A DNA stretch of 64,000 bases. Source: Alphaproteobacteria bacterium (GTDB taxonomy: Bacteria > Pseudomonadota > Alphaproteobacteria > Micavibrionales > UBA2020). How positions within the stretch are numbered: position 1 is the first letter of the stretch; every line of letters begins with the position of its first letter. Below are positions 48,959-56,249 of the stretch, piece by piece. The stretch is from NCBI GenBank assembly GCA_046314385.1, contig JBKBWZ010000002.1:697095-761094 (forward strand), given 5' to 3'. A program made the translations under genes and the position numbers. The notes under the pieces were generated by a model that was given only the letters and a program-made list of their open reading frames with translations, was not told the origin of the DNA and ran no database searches.

Positions 48959-49870
48959 ATGGCCCAGAAAAACAAAACCGCCGCGAAGGCATTCACCGGT
49001 TCCTACGTCGCGCTCGTCACGCCGTTCAAGGGCGGGAAGGTTGACCTTGACGCGTTTCAAAAGCTTGTCGAGTGGCATATCTCCAGCGGCACGCATGGTC
49101 TGGTTCCTTGTGGCACAACGGGTGAAACACCGACGCTGACGGAAAGCGAACACAAAGCCCTGATCGTCGCCTGTGTCGAGGCCGCGGCTGGCCGGGTGCC
49201 GGTCTTGGCCGGTGCCGGATCGAACGCGACCGAAAAGGCCGTGGAGCTGGGACGCTTTGCCGAAAAGTCCGGCGCAGACGGTATTCTAGTCGTAACCCCG
49301 TATTATAACAAGCCTACACAGGAAGGCCTGTACCGCCATTACAAGGCCGTCAACGATGCGCAGGGACTGCCGGTTATTTTGTATAACGTGCCCGGACGCA
49401 CCGGCGTTGAAATATCGGTCGATACCGTTATCCGCCTTGCCGCGCTCAAGCGTATTGCGGGCATCAAAGACGCTTCGGTGGATCTGTCGCGCCCGCTGCA
49501 AATCCGCCATGCGCTGGGTGATGGTTTTATCCAGCTTTCCGGCGAAGACGGCACCGTAGCGGCCTATCTGGCGCAGGGGGGGCATGGCTGTATTTCGGTG
49601 ACGGCGAACGTTGCGCCCAAACTCTGTGCCGAACTGCACACCGCGTGGCAGAAGAAAGACTGGAAAAAATTCGAAAAAGTCCGCGACCAGCTGCTGCCGC
49701 TGCATAAAAACCTTTTTGCCGAAACCAATCCGGCGCCGGCCAAATATTGCCTGCACCGTATGGGTAAAATCGGCGCCGATCTGCGTTTGCCGATGGTGCC
49801 GGTCAGCAAGGCAACCGAAAAGCTGCTGGAGGCTGCCATGGCGGCCGCCGGAATCAAGCCAAAAAAATAA
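48959..49870 (+). CDS. dapA: 4-hydroxy-tetrahydrodipicolinate synthase
   Basis: GSYVALVTPF, CGTTGE, YNKPTQEG and YNVPGRTG motifs, plus the active-site Lys context GIKDAS. GAGGAG SD before the ATG at 48959. Confidence 0.92.
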   Translation: MAQKNKTAAKAFTGSYVALVTPFKGGKVDLDAFQKLVEWHISSGTHGLVPCGTTGETPTLTESEHKALIVACVEAAAGRVPVLAGAGSNATEKAVELGRFAEKSGADGILVVTPYYNKPTQEGLYRHYKAVNDAQGLPVILYNVPGRTGVEISVDTVIRLAALKRIAGIKDASVDLSRPLQIRHALGDGFIQLSGEDGTVAAYLAQGGHGCISVTANVAPKLCAELHTAWQKKDWKKFEKVRDQLLPLHKNLFAETNPAPAKYCLHRMGKIGADLRLPMVPVSKATEKLLEAAMAAAGIKPKK

Positions 49871-49894
49871 GCAGGAAGAAACTGAGTCTGGGTC

Positions 49895-50389
49895 ATGGCC
49901 GGAAAAAATAAAAATAGCGGAAAATCCGACCCCAATAACAAAACCGTGGCGCAAAACCGCCGTGCGCGTTTCGATTATTTTATCGAAGATGTGATGGAGG
50001 CCGGCATTATCCTGACCGGCACCGAAGTAAAATCGCTGCGCGCCGGACAGGCCAGTGTCGGCGAAAGCTATGCCAGTGTCAGCGGCAGCGAGATTTTTCT
50101 GCTCAATGCCTATATCCCCGAATACAACAAGGCGCATCTGAAAATGCAGCACGAAGTGCGCCGTCCGCGCAAACTGCTGCTGCACAAAAACCAGATGAGC
50201 AAGCTGATCGGTGCCGTCAACCGCAAGGGCACAACGCTGATCCCGCTATCGATTTATTTTAACGCCCGCGGCATCGCCAAGGTGGAACTGGGCATCGCCA
50301 CAGGCAAAAAACAGCATGATAAACGCGAAGCAACAAAAAAACGTGACTGGGAACGCGAAAAATCCCGCGTCATGCGCGAACGTGGCTAA
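49895..50389 (+). CDS. smpB: SsrA-binding protein
   Basis: [20 protein letters not shown] and RKLLLHK motifs, with a basic C-terminal tail. Confidence 0.93.
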   Translation: MAGKNKNSGKSDPNNKTVAQNRRARFDYFIEDVMEAGIILTGTEVKSLRAGQASVGESYASVSGSEIFLLNAYIPEYNKAHLKMQHEVRRPRKLLLHKNQMSKLIGAVNRKGTTLIPLSIYFNARGIAKVELGIATGKKQHDKREATKKRDWEREKSRVMRERG

Positions 50390-50395
50390 ACCGGC

Positions 50396-50419
50396 GCCGG
50401 CTTTTGCCGGCTTTATTTT
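50396..50419 (+). terminator. intrinsic terminator after smpB
   Basis: GCCGGC-tttt-GCCGGC hairpin followed by TTTATTTT. Confidence 0.6.
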
Positions 50420-50438
50420 GCGAATAAGGATTTTTTGA

Positions 50439-51572
50439 ATGTCTTTTTTCTCGCTTGAAAAAAAACTCTCGCCCATGACCCGTGACGCTGCAAAGGTCAT
50501 TCGCAGCAATGGTGGTGTCGGAGATATTAAAAGAGGCGGGCATATCGGCGGTTTTTTCAGCAATCTCGGTGATGTCTTTCGGCTGATCCGGCAGGAGCCG
50601 GAAATTCTGATTTTTGCTGTTTTGCAATGGGCCTGCATCACACTGGCTTATATGGGCTGGGTGCAGGCACTGGACTGGATACCCGACAGCGTATGGCAGG
50701 AAGTCCAACGTGCCAACAATGAAGATCGCGATTCAGGTTTTGCGCTGCTGAACCTGTTTTTGATCGGCTGGAGTTTTATCATTGTTGTTTGCGTCAGCTT
50801 TCCGCTTTCCATTCTTACGGCCGGGATGGTCGCGGTGCATGCGCTGCGACATGAAGGGTATGAATCGACTTTTTTCTACGCCCTCTGGCGCGGTATGCGC
50901 AACGTTGGTCAGCAGTGGGTTTTTACCAGCGTCGATGCCTGGATTACCGTGAGGGCGATTTTCGACAGGCTGCCTAAAAAGAACAACTCAAATCCGCGCA
51001 CGCTGGCGGATGAGGCTTTGTACTATGCATGGAAACTGGCGACGATGGGTATGGTGCCGGCAATGATCTACGGGCACGGGCTGGTCGGCGCGGCGAAAGA
51101 TTCTGTGACGATGATCAAGCTTGCGCCCGCGCGGGCGATTGCCATCCGTTTTGGATATAGCGGCATCTGCTGGATCGTCGGTATTACGACCTATATCGCC
51201 GCGATAATTTACGGCTGCAGCATCGGATTTGGGGCAGGACATGAAAATTTCATTTATGCGTTCTATTTCTATATGACGGTGCCGATTTTTATTTCTGTCG
51301 GGATAATCTCTGTTCTGGTGCGTCCGTTCTTTTTGCTGATGGTTGCCAAGCTTTATACCGATGTTATGGCGCCCAAGGGCCTGCTGGATGCGGCGGTGGC
51401 CGGTGAAAAGACAATGGCCGACACGGCGCCAGCATGGCCGGTGTTTTTTCTGGCTGGTGCGATGCTCTTTGCGGTTTTGACAGCAATTTTTATGACCGAC
51501 GATATCGGTCTCACCGCATGGGTCGAAAATCTGGCAGCAAAAGATTTCGCGCGTATGGGTAAAACGCAGTAA
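50439..51572 (+). CDS. hypothetical polytopic membrane protein
   Basis: 377 aa with at least 7 hydrophobic helices. No family recognised. Confidence 0.55.
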   Translation: MSFFSLEKKLSPMTRDAAKVIRSNGGVGDIKRGGHIGGFFSNLGDVFRLIRQEPEILIFAVLQWACITLAYMGWVQALDWIPDSVWQEVQRANNEDRDSGFALLNLFLIGWSFIIVVCVSFPLSILTAGMVAVHALRHEGYESTFFYALWRGMRNVGQQWVFTSVDAWITVRAIFDRLPKKNNSNPRTLADEALYYAWKLATMGMVPAMIYGHGLVGAAKDSVTMIKLAPARAIAIRFGYSGICWIVGITTYIAAIIYGCSIGFGAGHENFIYAFYFYMTVPIFISVGIISVLVRPFFLLMVAKLYTDVMAPKGLLDAAVAGEKTMADTAPAWPVFFLAGAMLFAVLTAIFMTDDIGLTAWVENLAAKDFARMGKTQ

Positions 51573-51590
51573 GCCGTACTTTAAAAAAGA

Positions 51591-51860
51591 TCAGTAACGC
51601 AAAAGACGTATTGGCGGCGGTGGCGGTAGAGTCGGAAGCGCGGGGGCGTCTGGCGGCGGTGGCTTTTGTGCCGGCTGTTTCCGGGCTTCTTCGGCGGCGC
51701 GTCTTTTTTGTTCTGTTTTTTCTGCCATGTCGATAACGCTACGCGCAAAATCAAAACGCATGCGCAGCCCCATCTCAGGCGTCATCCACAGACTGTCAAG
51801 CGGGCCTTGCGAAGAAGGCGTATCCGGCAGACCGAAAAGTTGCGGAGATAAATGCGCCAT
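51591..51860 (-). CDS. hypothetical 89-aa protein (third gene of the orphan small-ORF operon)
   Basis: Starts 4 nt after the upstream ORF. Charged EKTEQKRRAAEEARKQ segment, then PPPPDAPALPTLPPPPP. The opposite-strand ORFs look like Arg-rich shadow frames. Confidence 0.45.
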   Translation of the reverse strand: MAHLSPQLFGLPDTPSSQGPLDSLWMTPEMGLRMRFDFARSVIDMAEKTEQKRRAAEEARKQPAQKPPPPDAPALPTLPPPPPIRLLRY

Positions 51861-51864
51861 ATGC

Positions 51865-52257
51865 CTATCCCAGAGAAATACGGATATGGCCTACGCGCAA
51901 ATCGCTATCCGGCGTTTTGCGGGCGGTTTTTGCGGCGCGTTCTTCGTCTTTTCGGGCTTTGGCAATAAAAGCGGCAAGGCTTTCGGCCGTCGCTTTGCGC
52001 GCCGTACGTTCGGGCGTCCAGAGCGGGTCGCTTTCAAATGCGGCGCTGTTCAACTGCGCCTGCGGGTTTGGCGGCTCTTTTTCACTGTAGCCGATAATTT
52101 TGATACGCGTCCCGTTCCCGCCACGTTGGACAAGGACGACATGCGAAGAGGTATAGAACATATCCGTATCGTGACCGTAGTCACTGAGGTCGGCGGCGTA
52201 TGTGCTGAACTGCTGGCGCAGCGATCTTTTGATTTTCTTGCTGTTTTTGCTGTTCAT
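51865..52257 (-). CDS. hypothetical 130-aa protein (second gene of the orphan small-ORF operon)
   Basis: Starts 1 nt after the upstream ORF. Balanced composition. Contains KARKDEERAAKTARK segment. No family recognised. Confidence 0.5.
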   Translation of the reverse strand: MNSKNSKKIKRSLRQQFSTYAADLSDYGHDTDMFYTSSHVVLVQRGGNGTRIKIIGYSEKEPPNPQAQLNSAAFESDPLWTPERTARKATAESLAAFIAKARKDEERAAKTARKTPDSDLRVGHIRISLG

Positions 52258-52258
52258 A

Positions 52259-52486
52259 TCAAGGCTTACAGGGATTAAAGCTCATGTCGCCGCAGCGCTT
52301 GCAGAGCGTTTTTTGAGGTTGTTTGGCAGCTTCTTCCAGCAGACGTTTTTGCGCGGCGGCTTCTGCGCGCGCTTTGTCTTCGCGCTGTGCGGCGGCGTTC
52401 ATGGCGGCGCTGACGCCTTCGTGGCGTCGCTGCGGGGTTGTTCCGTCATTCCAGAAGGTATCTTTGGTCATCGCGCGTTCAATCAT
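52259..52486 (-). CDS. hypothetical 75-aa protein (first gene of the orphan small-ORF operon)
   Basis: Lies downstream of the near-consensus promoter. Charged QREDKARAEAAAQKRLLEEAAKQ segment and a C-terminal CKRCGDMSFNPC. No obvious SD. Confidence 0.4.
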   Translation of the reverse strand: MIERAMTKDTFWNDGTTPQRRHEGVSAAMNAAAQREDKARAEAAAQKRLLEEAAKQPQKTLCKRCGDMSFNPCKP

Positions 52487-52523
52487 CCGTTGGGGTATGA
52501 GGAGAGGGCGTTTGAGTTTACGT

Positions 52524-52551
52524 ATTATGAGAATATTTGAAGGTTTGTCAA
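52524..52551 (-). promoter_or_regulatory. near-consensus sigma70-type promoter TTGACA-N16-CATAAT reading toward 52486
   Basis: The reverse complement of 52523-52551 is TTGACAAACCTTCAAATATTCTCATAATA. The -35 is 52551-52546 and the -10 is 52529-52524. Confidence 0.55.
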
Positions 52552-52610
52552 GAAAATACCCGCCTTTCCGGCAGAGGATAATCTTACAAAAAGTATTTAA
52601 TTACAGTTGG

Positions 52611-52988
52611 TTAAAAGTCAAAACGGATCGTACCGGAGCGCCCGTCGGCATGGCGGTGATAGAAAATGCGGGATTTCAGTGCGATGCTGTCACCGCGCCC
52701 GCGCATCTCGGCGACTTTGTTTTCCATGCCGCGCTGGGTATTCAGATGTTGTTTGAAGAGCGCAGGGGTTATCACGCGCGCACCGTCTTCGGCGGTCAGC
52801 CAGAGGGCGTCCTGTGCGCCAGCCTCTACCTTGGGTAGCGGTTGCCGGTCAAGGGCGGCCAGGTGATTGAAAAACAGCATCATCATGACACGTTCAAAGC
52901 TCCGAAGCGGAATATCAAAAAGGGGTGTTATGTATACGCCGTAGAGAAGGCCGATGCAAGACGTAAGCACAAGCCGGCAGACAGACAT
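52611..52988 (-). CDS. hypothetical protein (125 aa as drawn; an alternative start at 52886 gives 91 aa)
   Basis: In a hand-counted 60-nt sample, the minus frame gave GC by codon position of 65% at position 3, 55% at position 1 and 50% at position 2, the expected order. The ATG at 52988 abuts the recA terminator, so the start is doubtful. No family recognised. Confidence 0.35.
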   Translation of the reverse strand: MSVCRLVLTSCIGLLYGVYITPLFDIPLRSFERVMMMLFFNHLAALDRQPLPKVEAGAQDALWLTAEDGARVITPALFKQHLNTQRGMENKVAEMRGRGDSIALKSRIFYHRHADGRSGTIRFDF

Positions 52989-52989
52989 G

Positions 52990-53023
52990 AAAAAAGGCCG
53001 GTCAGGGAAGGGACCGGCCTTTT
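52990..53023 (-). terminator. intrinsic terminator of recA
   Basis: 12-bp stem AAAAGGCCGGTC / GACCGGCCTTTT with an 8-nt loop. On the minus strand the GC core is followed by six U. Confidence 0.75.
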
Positions 53024-53069
53024 CTCAGGGTGCAAAAAGAAGGGAGTATGAAGCGGGGGGTTCCGGGGT

Positions 53070-54206
53070 TTATTCGGAAGCCTTCTCCTTGCGGGATTTG
53101 GATACGGCAGCAGGGGCGTCGTCTTCGGCGGAGATTTCGCCGGTTTCTTCGTCGCCTTCGGGGCCGGTCAGCATGGCATTTGTGACCATGCCGGCGTTTT
53201 CGAATATTTTACGTTCGATTTTGGCCATGATCTCCGGATTTTCTTTCAGGAATTTACGCGCGTTTTCACGGCCCTGTCCGATACGCTCGCCGTCAAAGGC
53301 AAACCATGCGCCGGATTTTTCGACGATATTGGCATTCACGCCAAGGTCGAGAATCTCGCCGGTGCGCGAAATGCCTTCGCCGTACATGATATCGAATTCA
53401 ACCTGACGGAACGGAGGCGCCATCTTGTTTTTAACGACTTTGACGCGCGTATGGTTACCGACGATGGTTTCTTTGTCTTTCAGCGCGCCGATGCGGCGGA
53501 TATCAAGGCGAACCGAAGCATAGAATTTAAGCGCATTACCGCCCGTTGTCGTTTCGGGGTTACCGAACATCACACCGATTTTCATACGGATCTGGTTGAT
53601 GAAAATGACCACAGTGCGGGATTTGGAAATGGATCCGGTCAGTTTGCGCAGTGCCTGGCTCATCAGGCGCGCTTGCAGGCCCATATGGCTGTCGCCCATT
53701 TCGCCTTCCAGTTCAGCCTTGGGCACCAGAGCGGCGACAGAGTCGACCACCAGTACATCCAGCGCGCCGGAGCGTACCAGCGTATCGGCGATTTCAAGCG
53801 CCTGTTCGCCGGCATCGGGCTGGGCGATCAAAAGGTTTTCGATGTCACAGCCAAGCTTGCCTGCATAGGACGGGTCAAGCGCGTGTTCGGCATCGATGAT
53901 GGCGCATTGGCCGCCGGCTTTTTGTGCCGCTGCGATGACCTGAAGGGCGAGGGTGGTTTTGCCCGAGCTTTCCGGTCCGTAAATTTCGATGATGCGTCCG
54001 CGCGGCAGACCGCCGATGCCCAGTGCCATATCAAGGCCGAGCGAGCCGGTGGAAATAACCTCGACTTCTTGCCGGGTGTCGCTGCCCAGTTTCATGATAG
54101 AGCCTTTGCCGAAGGCTTTTTCAATCTGGCTTAGCGCGGCATCCAGCGCTTTTTGTTTTTCGGCTGCGTTCATTTCTGTACCCTGACGGAGTGCTGTGAC
54201 GGACAT
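53070..54206 (-). CDS. recA: recombinase RecA
   Basis: [25 protein letters not shown], Walker [13 protein letters not shown], and [20 protein letters not shown]. Start trimmed to MSVTAL (54206). Confidence 0.95.
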   Translation of the reverse strand: MSVTALRQGTEMNAAEKQKALDAALSQIEKAFGKGSIMKLGSDTRQEVEVISTGSLGLDMALGIGGLPRGRIIEIYGPESSGKTTLALQVIAAAQKAGGQCAIIDAEHALDPSYAGKLGCDIENLLIAQPDAGEQALEIADTLVRSGALDVLVVDSVAALVPKAELEGEMGDSHMGLQARLMSQALRKLTGSISKSRTVVIFINQIRMKIGVMFGNPETTTGGNALKFYASVRLDIRRIGALKDKETIVGNHTRVKVVKNKMAPPFRQVEFDIMYGEGISRTGEILDLGVNANIVEKSGAWFAFDGERIGQGRENARKFLKENPEIMAKIERKIFENAGMVTNAMLTGPEGDEETGEISAEDDAPAAVSKSRKEKASE

Positions 54207-54307
54207 GTTGTGATTTCCCTTTGTTGTCTCATGCGTCGGAATGAAGATCAATTCCGAATCTCTGTTCTCATTGTACGCAATTCGTTCCGCATAGCAAGAA
54301 CAAAAGA

Positions 54308-54322
54308 GAACAATAAAAGAAC
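54308..54322 (-). promoter_or_regulatory. candidate alphaproteobacterial LexA (SOS) box GTTC-N7-GTTC upstream of recA
   Basis: The plus strand reads GAACAATAAAAGAAC, which is GTTCTTTTATTGTTC on the recA strand, about 100 nt upstream of the ATG. A third GAAC at 54298-54301 is offset by 6 nt. Confidence 0.55.
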
Positions 54323-54433
54323 AAATGTAGTATACATAAGAACGGGTTAGAATATCCGCTGTTGCCTTGGGGCGCAAAGCTGGTTAGCGTCAATACGTCC
54401 AAGTCATATACATATTTTTTTCGGGAGGCCGCC

Positions 54434-55030
54434 ATGCCCGCACCGCAATCACCGCAAAAGCCGAACAAGCTCTGGTACGGATTTGAATACACAAAGGGCT
54501 TTTTCAAGGCCTGTTTCCAATACCCGAACAAAGAGCCGGCCAAACAGGGCGGCAAACATTCTGCCATCGCCCTTGGGACGCTTTACGTCGGGCATATGCT
54601 GGCAGCCCCCTTGATTGGCGCGGTGGCGGGGCCTTTTGTGTCGCTGGTGGTGTCGCTGGCGGCATCTGTCGTTGGTATCCACTACGGCATCAAGGCGTTT
54701 CAGGATTTCCGCCATGTGGCCAAAAGCCCGAATGTCTATGGCGAGGTATATAAGGCCGAAAATAAATGGCGCGAGAACAAGGCCAAAGGCGGTCTGTTCA
54801 AACGCCTTGGCCTGTCGCTGAAAAACGCAGTCACGCCAAAGAAGCCGGAGCCGGATACCCGCCCGCGTACGCAGGGCCCCATCAGCAAGGGCGTGGTTTT
54901 TGAAGGCCGCGACAGCACGACGGATTTCAACGACAGTGCCGGCCCGCAAAAGCCGCCGCAGCCCCCCGCAAACGGCAATGCGCCGTCCGCAGCACCCAAA
55001 AAGCAGGGCGGCGCGCCGAAAGGCCCCTGA
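54434..55030 (+). CDS. hypothetical membrane protein with a Pro-rich tail
   Basis: GGGAGG SD before the ATG at 54434. Two hydrophobic helices (IALGTLYVGHMLAAPLIGAVAGPFVSLVVSLAASVVGI). Tail is PQKPPQPPANGNAPSAAPKKQGGAPKGP. Confidence 0.5.
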   Translation: MPAPQSPQKPNKLWYGFEYTKGFFKACFQYPNKEPAKQGGKHSAIALGTLYVGHMLAAPLIGAVAGPFVSLVVSLAASVVGIHYGIKAFQDFRHVAKSPNVYGEVYKAENKWRENKAKGGLFKRLGLSLKNAVTPKKPEPDTRPRTQGPISKGVVFEGRDSTTDFNDSAGPQKPPQPPANGNAPSAAPKKQGGAPKGP

Positions 55031-55164
55031 GCGTTTAGGCAGTGGCCGCAGGGTACTTATTGACATAATTATTGAGGGCAATTACAATCATGGATGTGTC
55101 GGAGGGTCTGTCTTTCCGGCAATCCTCTGTTTTGTGCGCGCCGCGGCCGGAGCTTTGTGAGAAA

Positions 55165-56244
55165 ATGGCAAAAGAACCCCCTCCGGCTACTGTAGAGCCC
55201 GTGCACGAAAAAGATGCCGCTGCGGCGCCGCTTTGGAAAAAGGTTTTTAAAGCCGCCCTTTATGTCAGCTCTGCCCTGATTGCGCCGGTCAAATTCGAGC
55301 GGGGCCGGTTGCCGCGACTGTCCTGGGGCAAGACGGCGATTTTTCTGGGCGTGCCCTTGTTGGCGATGCCGCTGGCGGCAAACCTGTTTCCGACCGCCGA
55401 AGAGGTGCTGGCACAAAAAGGTTATCCCGCCGCGATGGTGCAGGATCTGGCACCCGACCGCGACAACATCCGTGTCCGCCCCGACAATGCATGGGGCAAG
55501 GCACATGCGTTTCTTTCTTCTCCGCCGGTTTTCACGCTGATTGGAAAAAAGACCACCTGGAGTATGATGCATGACCCGCAGGTGCTGGGGCTGGCGCGCG
55601 CGGGCGGCGGATCAACACCGGATATTATCTATGTGGCCGAAGATCGTATACAGGCGCTTTATGCCGCCGGTCAACCGCCGCGTGCCATGACGCAGCAGGA
55701 CGAATGGCTGCATACCTTTTTGCATGAGGTGCGCCATGTGTCCGACGGCAACAGAAGCCTGATGGTCGAACTGGCGCGCGAGGCGGACAGCGATTACGAA
55801 GCCGCGCGGGTCATGATCAAACATCTCGATCGTCCTGATTTTGCCGAACAGATCCTGTCATACAAAGGCCGCAAATTTAACGCATCGCATGATACGGCAC
55901 TGTATCTCTCGGCGCGGTTTAACGGTACGGTGGCGCCGGCCGTGCAGGACATGGCCGCGGCCAATCTGCAGGCAGGGCTGGCCTATGAAGAATTGTCGGG
56001 CGGTGATACGCTGAATTTTATCTCGGCAATCGATTGCCATCTCAACGAAAAAACCCGCTTGCCGTGCCAATTCACAGCAGAGGGGACGCCGCTGTCAGAT
56101 TTGGCACGGCAGCGTCTGGGCATGTATTTCAACAGCTATGTCGATAGAATGCGTATGATGGCTGCGGACGATGTTCCGTTGTCCGCGGAAGAAAGCGCGC
56201 CAAAACAGCCGCAAAATCTGTCCCCGCCAAAGCCCGCATCCTGA
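55165..56244 (+). CDS. hypothetical membrane-anchored protein with an HExxH motif (putative zinc metalloprotease-like)
   Basis: N-terminal hydrophobic segments, then WLHTFLHEVRHVSDG (HEVRH). Start is uncertain (TTG 55072, ATG 55090 or ATG 55165). No family recognised. Confidence 0.45.
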   Translation: MAKEPPPATVEPVHEKDAAAAPLWKKVFKAALYVSSALIAPVKFERGRLPRLSWGKTAIFLGVPLLAMPLAANLFPTAEEVLAQKGYPAAMVQDLAPDRDNIRVRPDNAWGKAHAFLSSPPVFTLIGKKTTWSMMHDPQVLGLARAGGGSTPDIIYVAEDRIQALYAAGQPPRAMTQQDEWLHTFLHEVRHVSDGNRSLMVELAREADSDYEAARVMIKHLDRPDFAEQILSYKGRKFNASHDTALYLSARFNGTVAPAVQDMAAANLQAGLAYEELSGGDTLNFISAIDCHLNEKTRLPCQFTAEGTPLSDLARQRLGMYFNSYVDRMRMMAADDVPLSAEESAPKQPQNLSPPKPAS

Positions 56245-56249
56245 ATTTC

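Noticed and set aside
50390-50438. Looked for tmRNA (ssrA) next to smpB
   Set aside because: The intergenic space is only 49 nt and is occupied by a terminator hairpin. There is no tRNA-like acceptor/T-arm sequence here or in neighbouring spacers.
52323-52838. 171-aa plus-strand ORF overlapping the 52611-52988 minus ORF, with GAGGAGAGGG upstream of an internal ATG
   Set aside because: In a hand-counted sample, GC by codon position fits the minus frame (65% at position 3, 55% at 1, 50% at 2) better than the plus frame. The SD-like run is 17 nt from the ATG. Confidence in either frame is low.
54207-54377. 57-codon N-terminal extension of recA in the ORF track (435 aa)
   Set aside because: The extension lies in the AT-rich promoter and SOS-box region and has an implausible sequence. 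RecA homology starts near MSVTAL. Similar upstream extensions were trimmed for 17734-18852, 23636-25066, 46952-49153, 14423-14986, 15013-15609 and 44882-45604.
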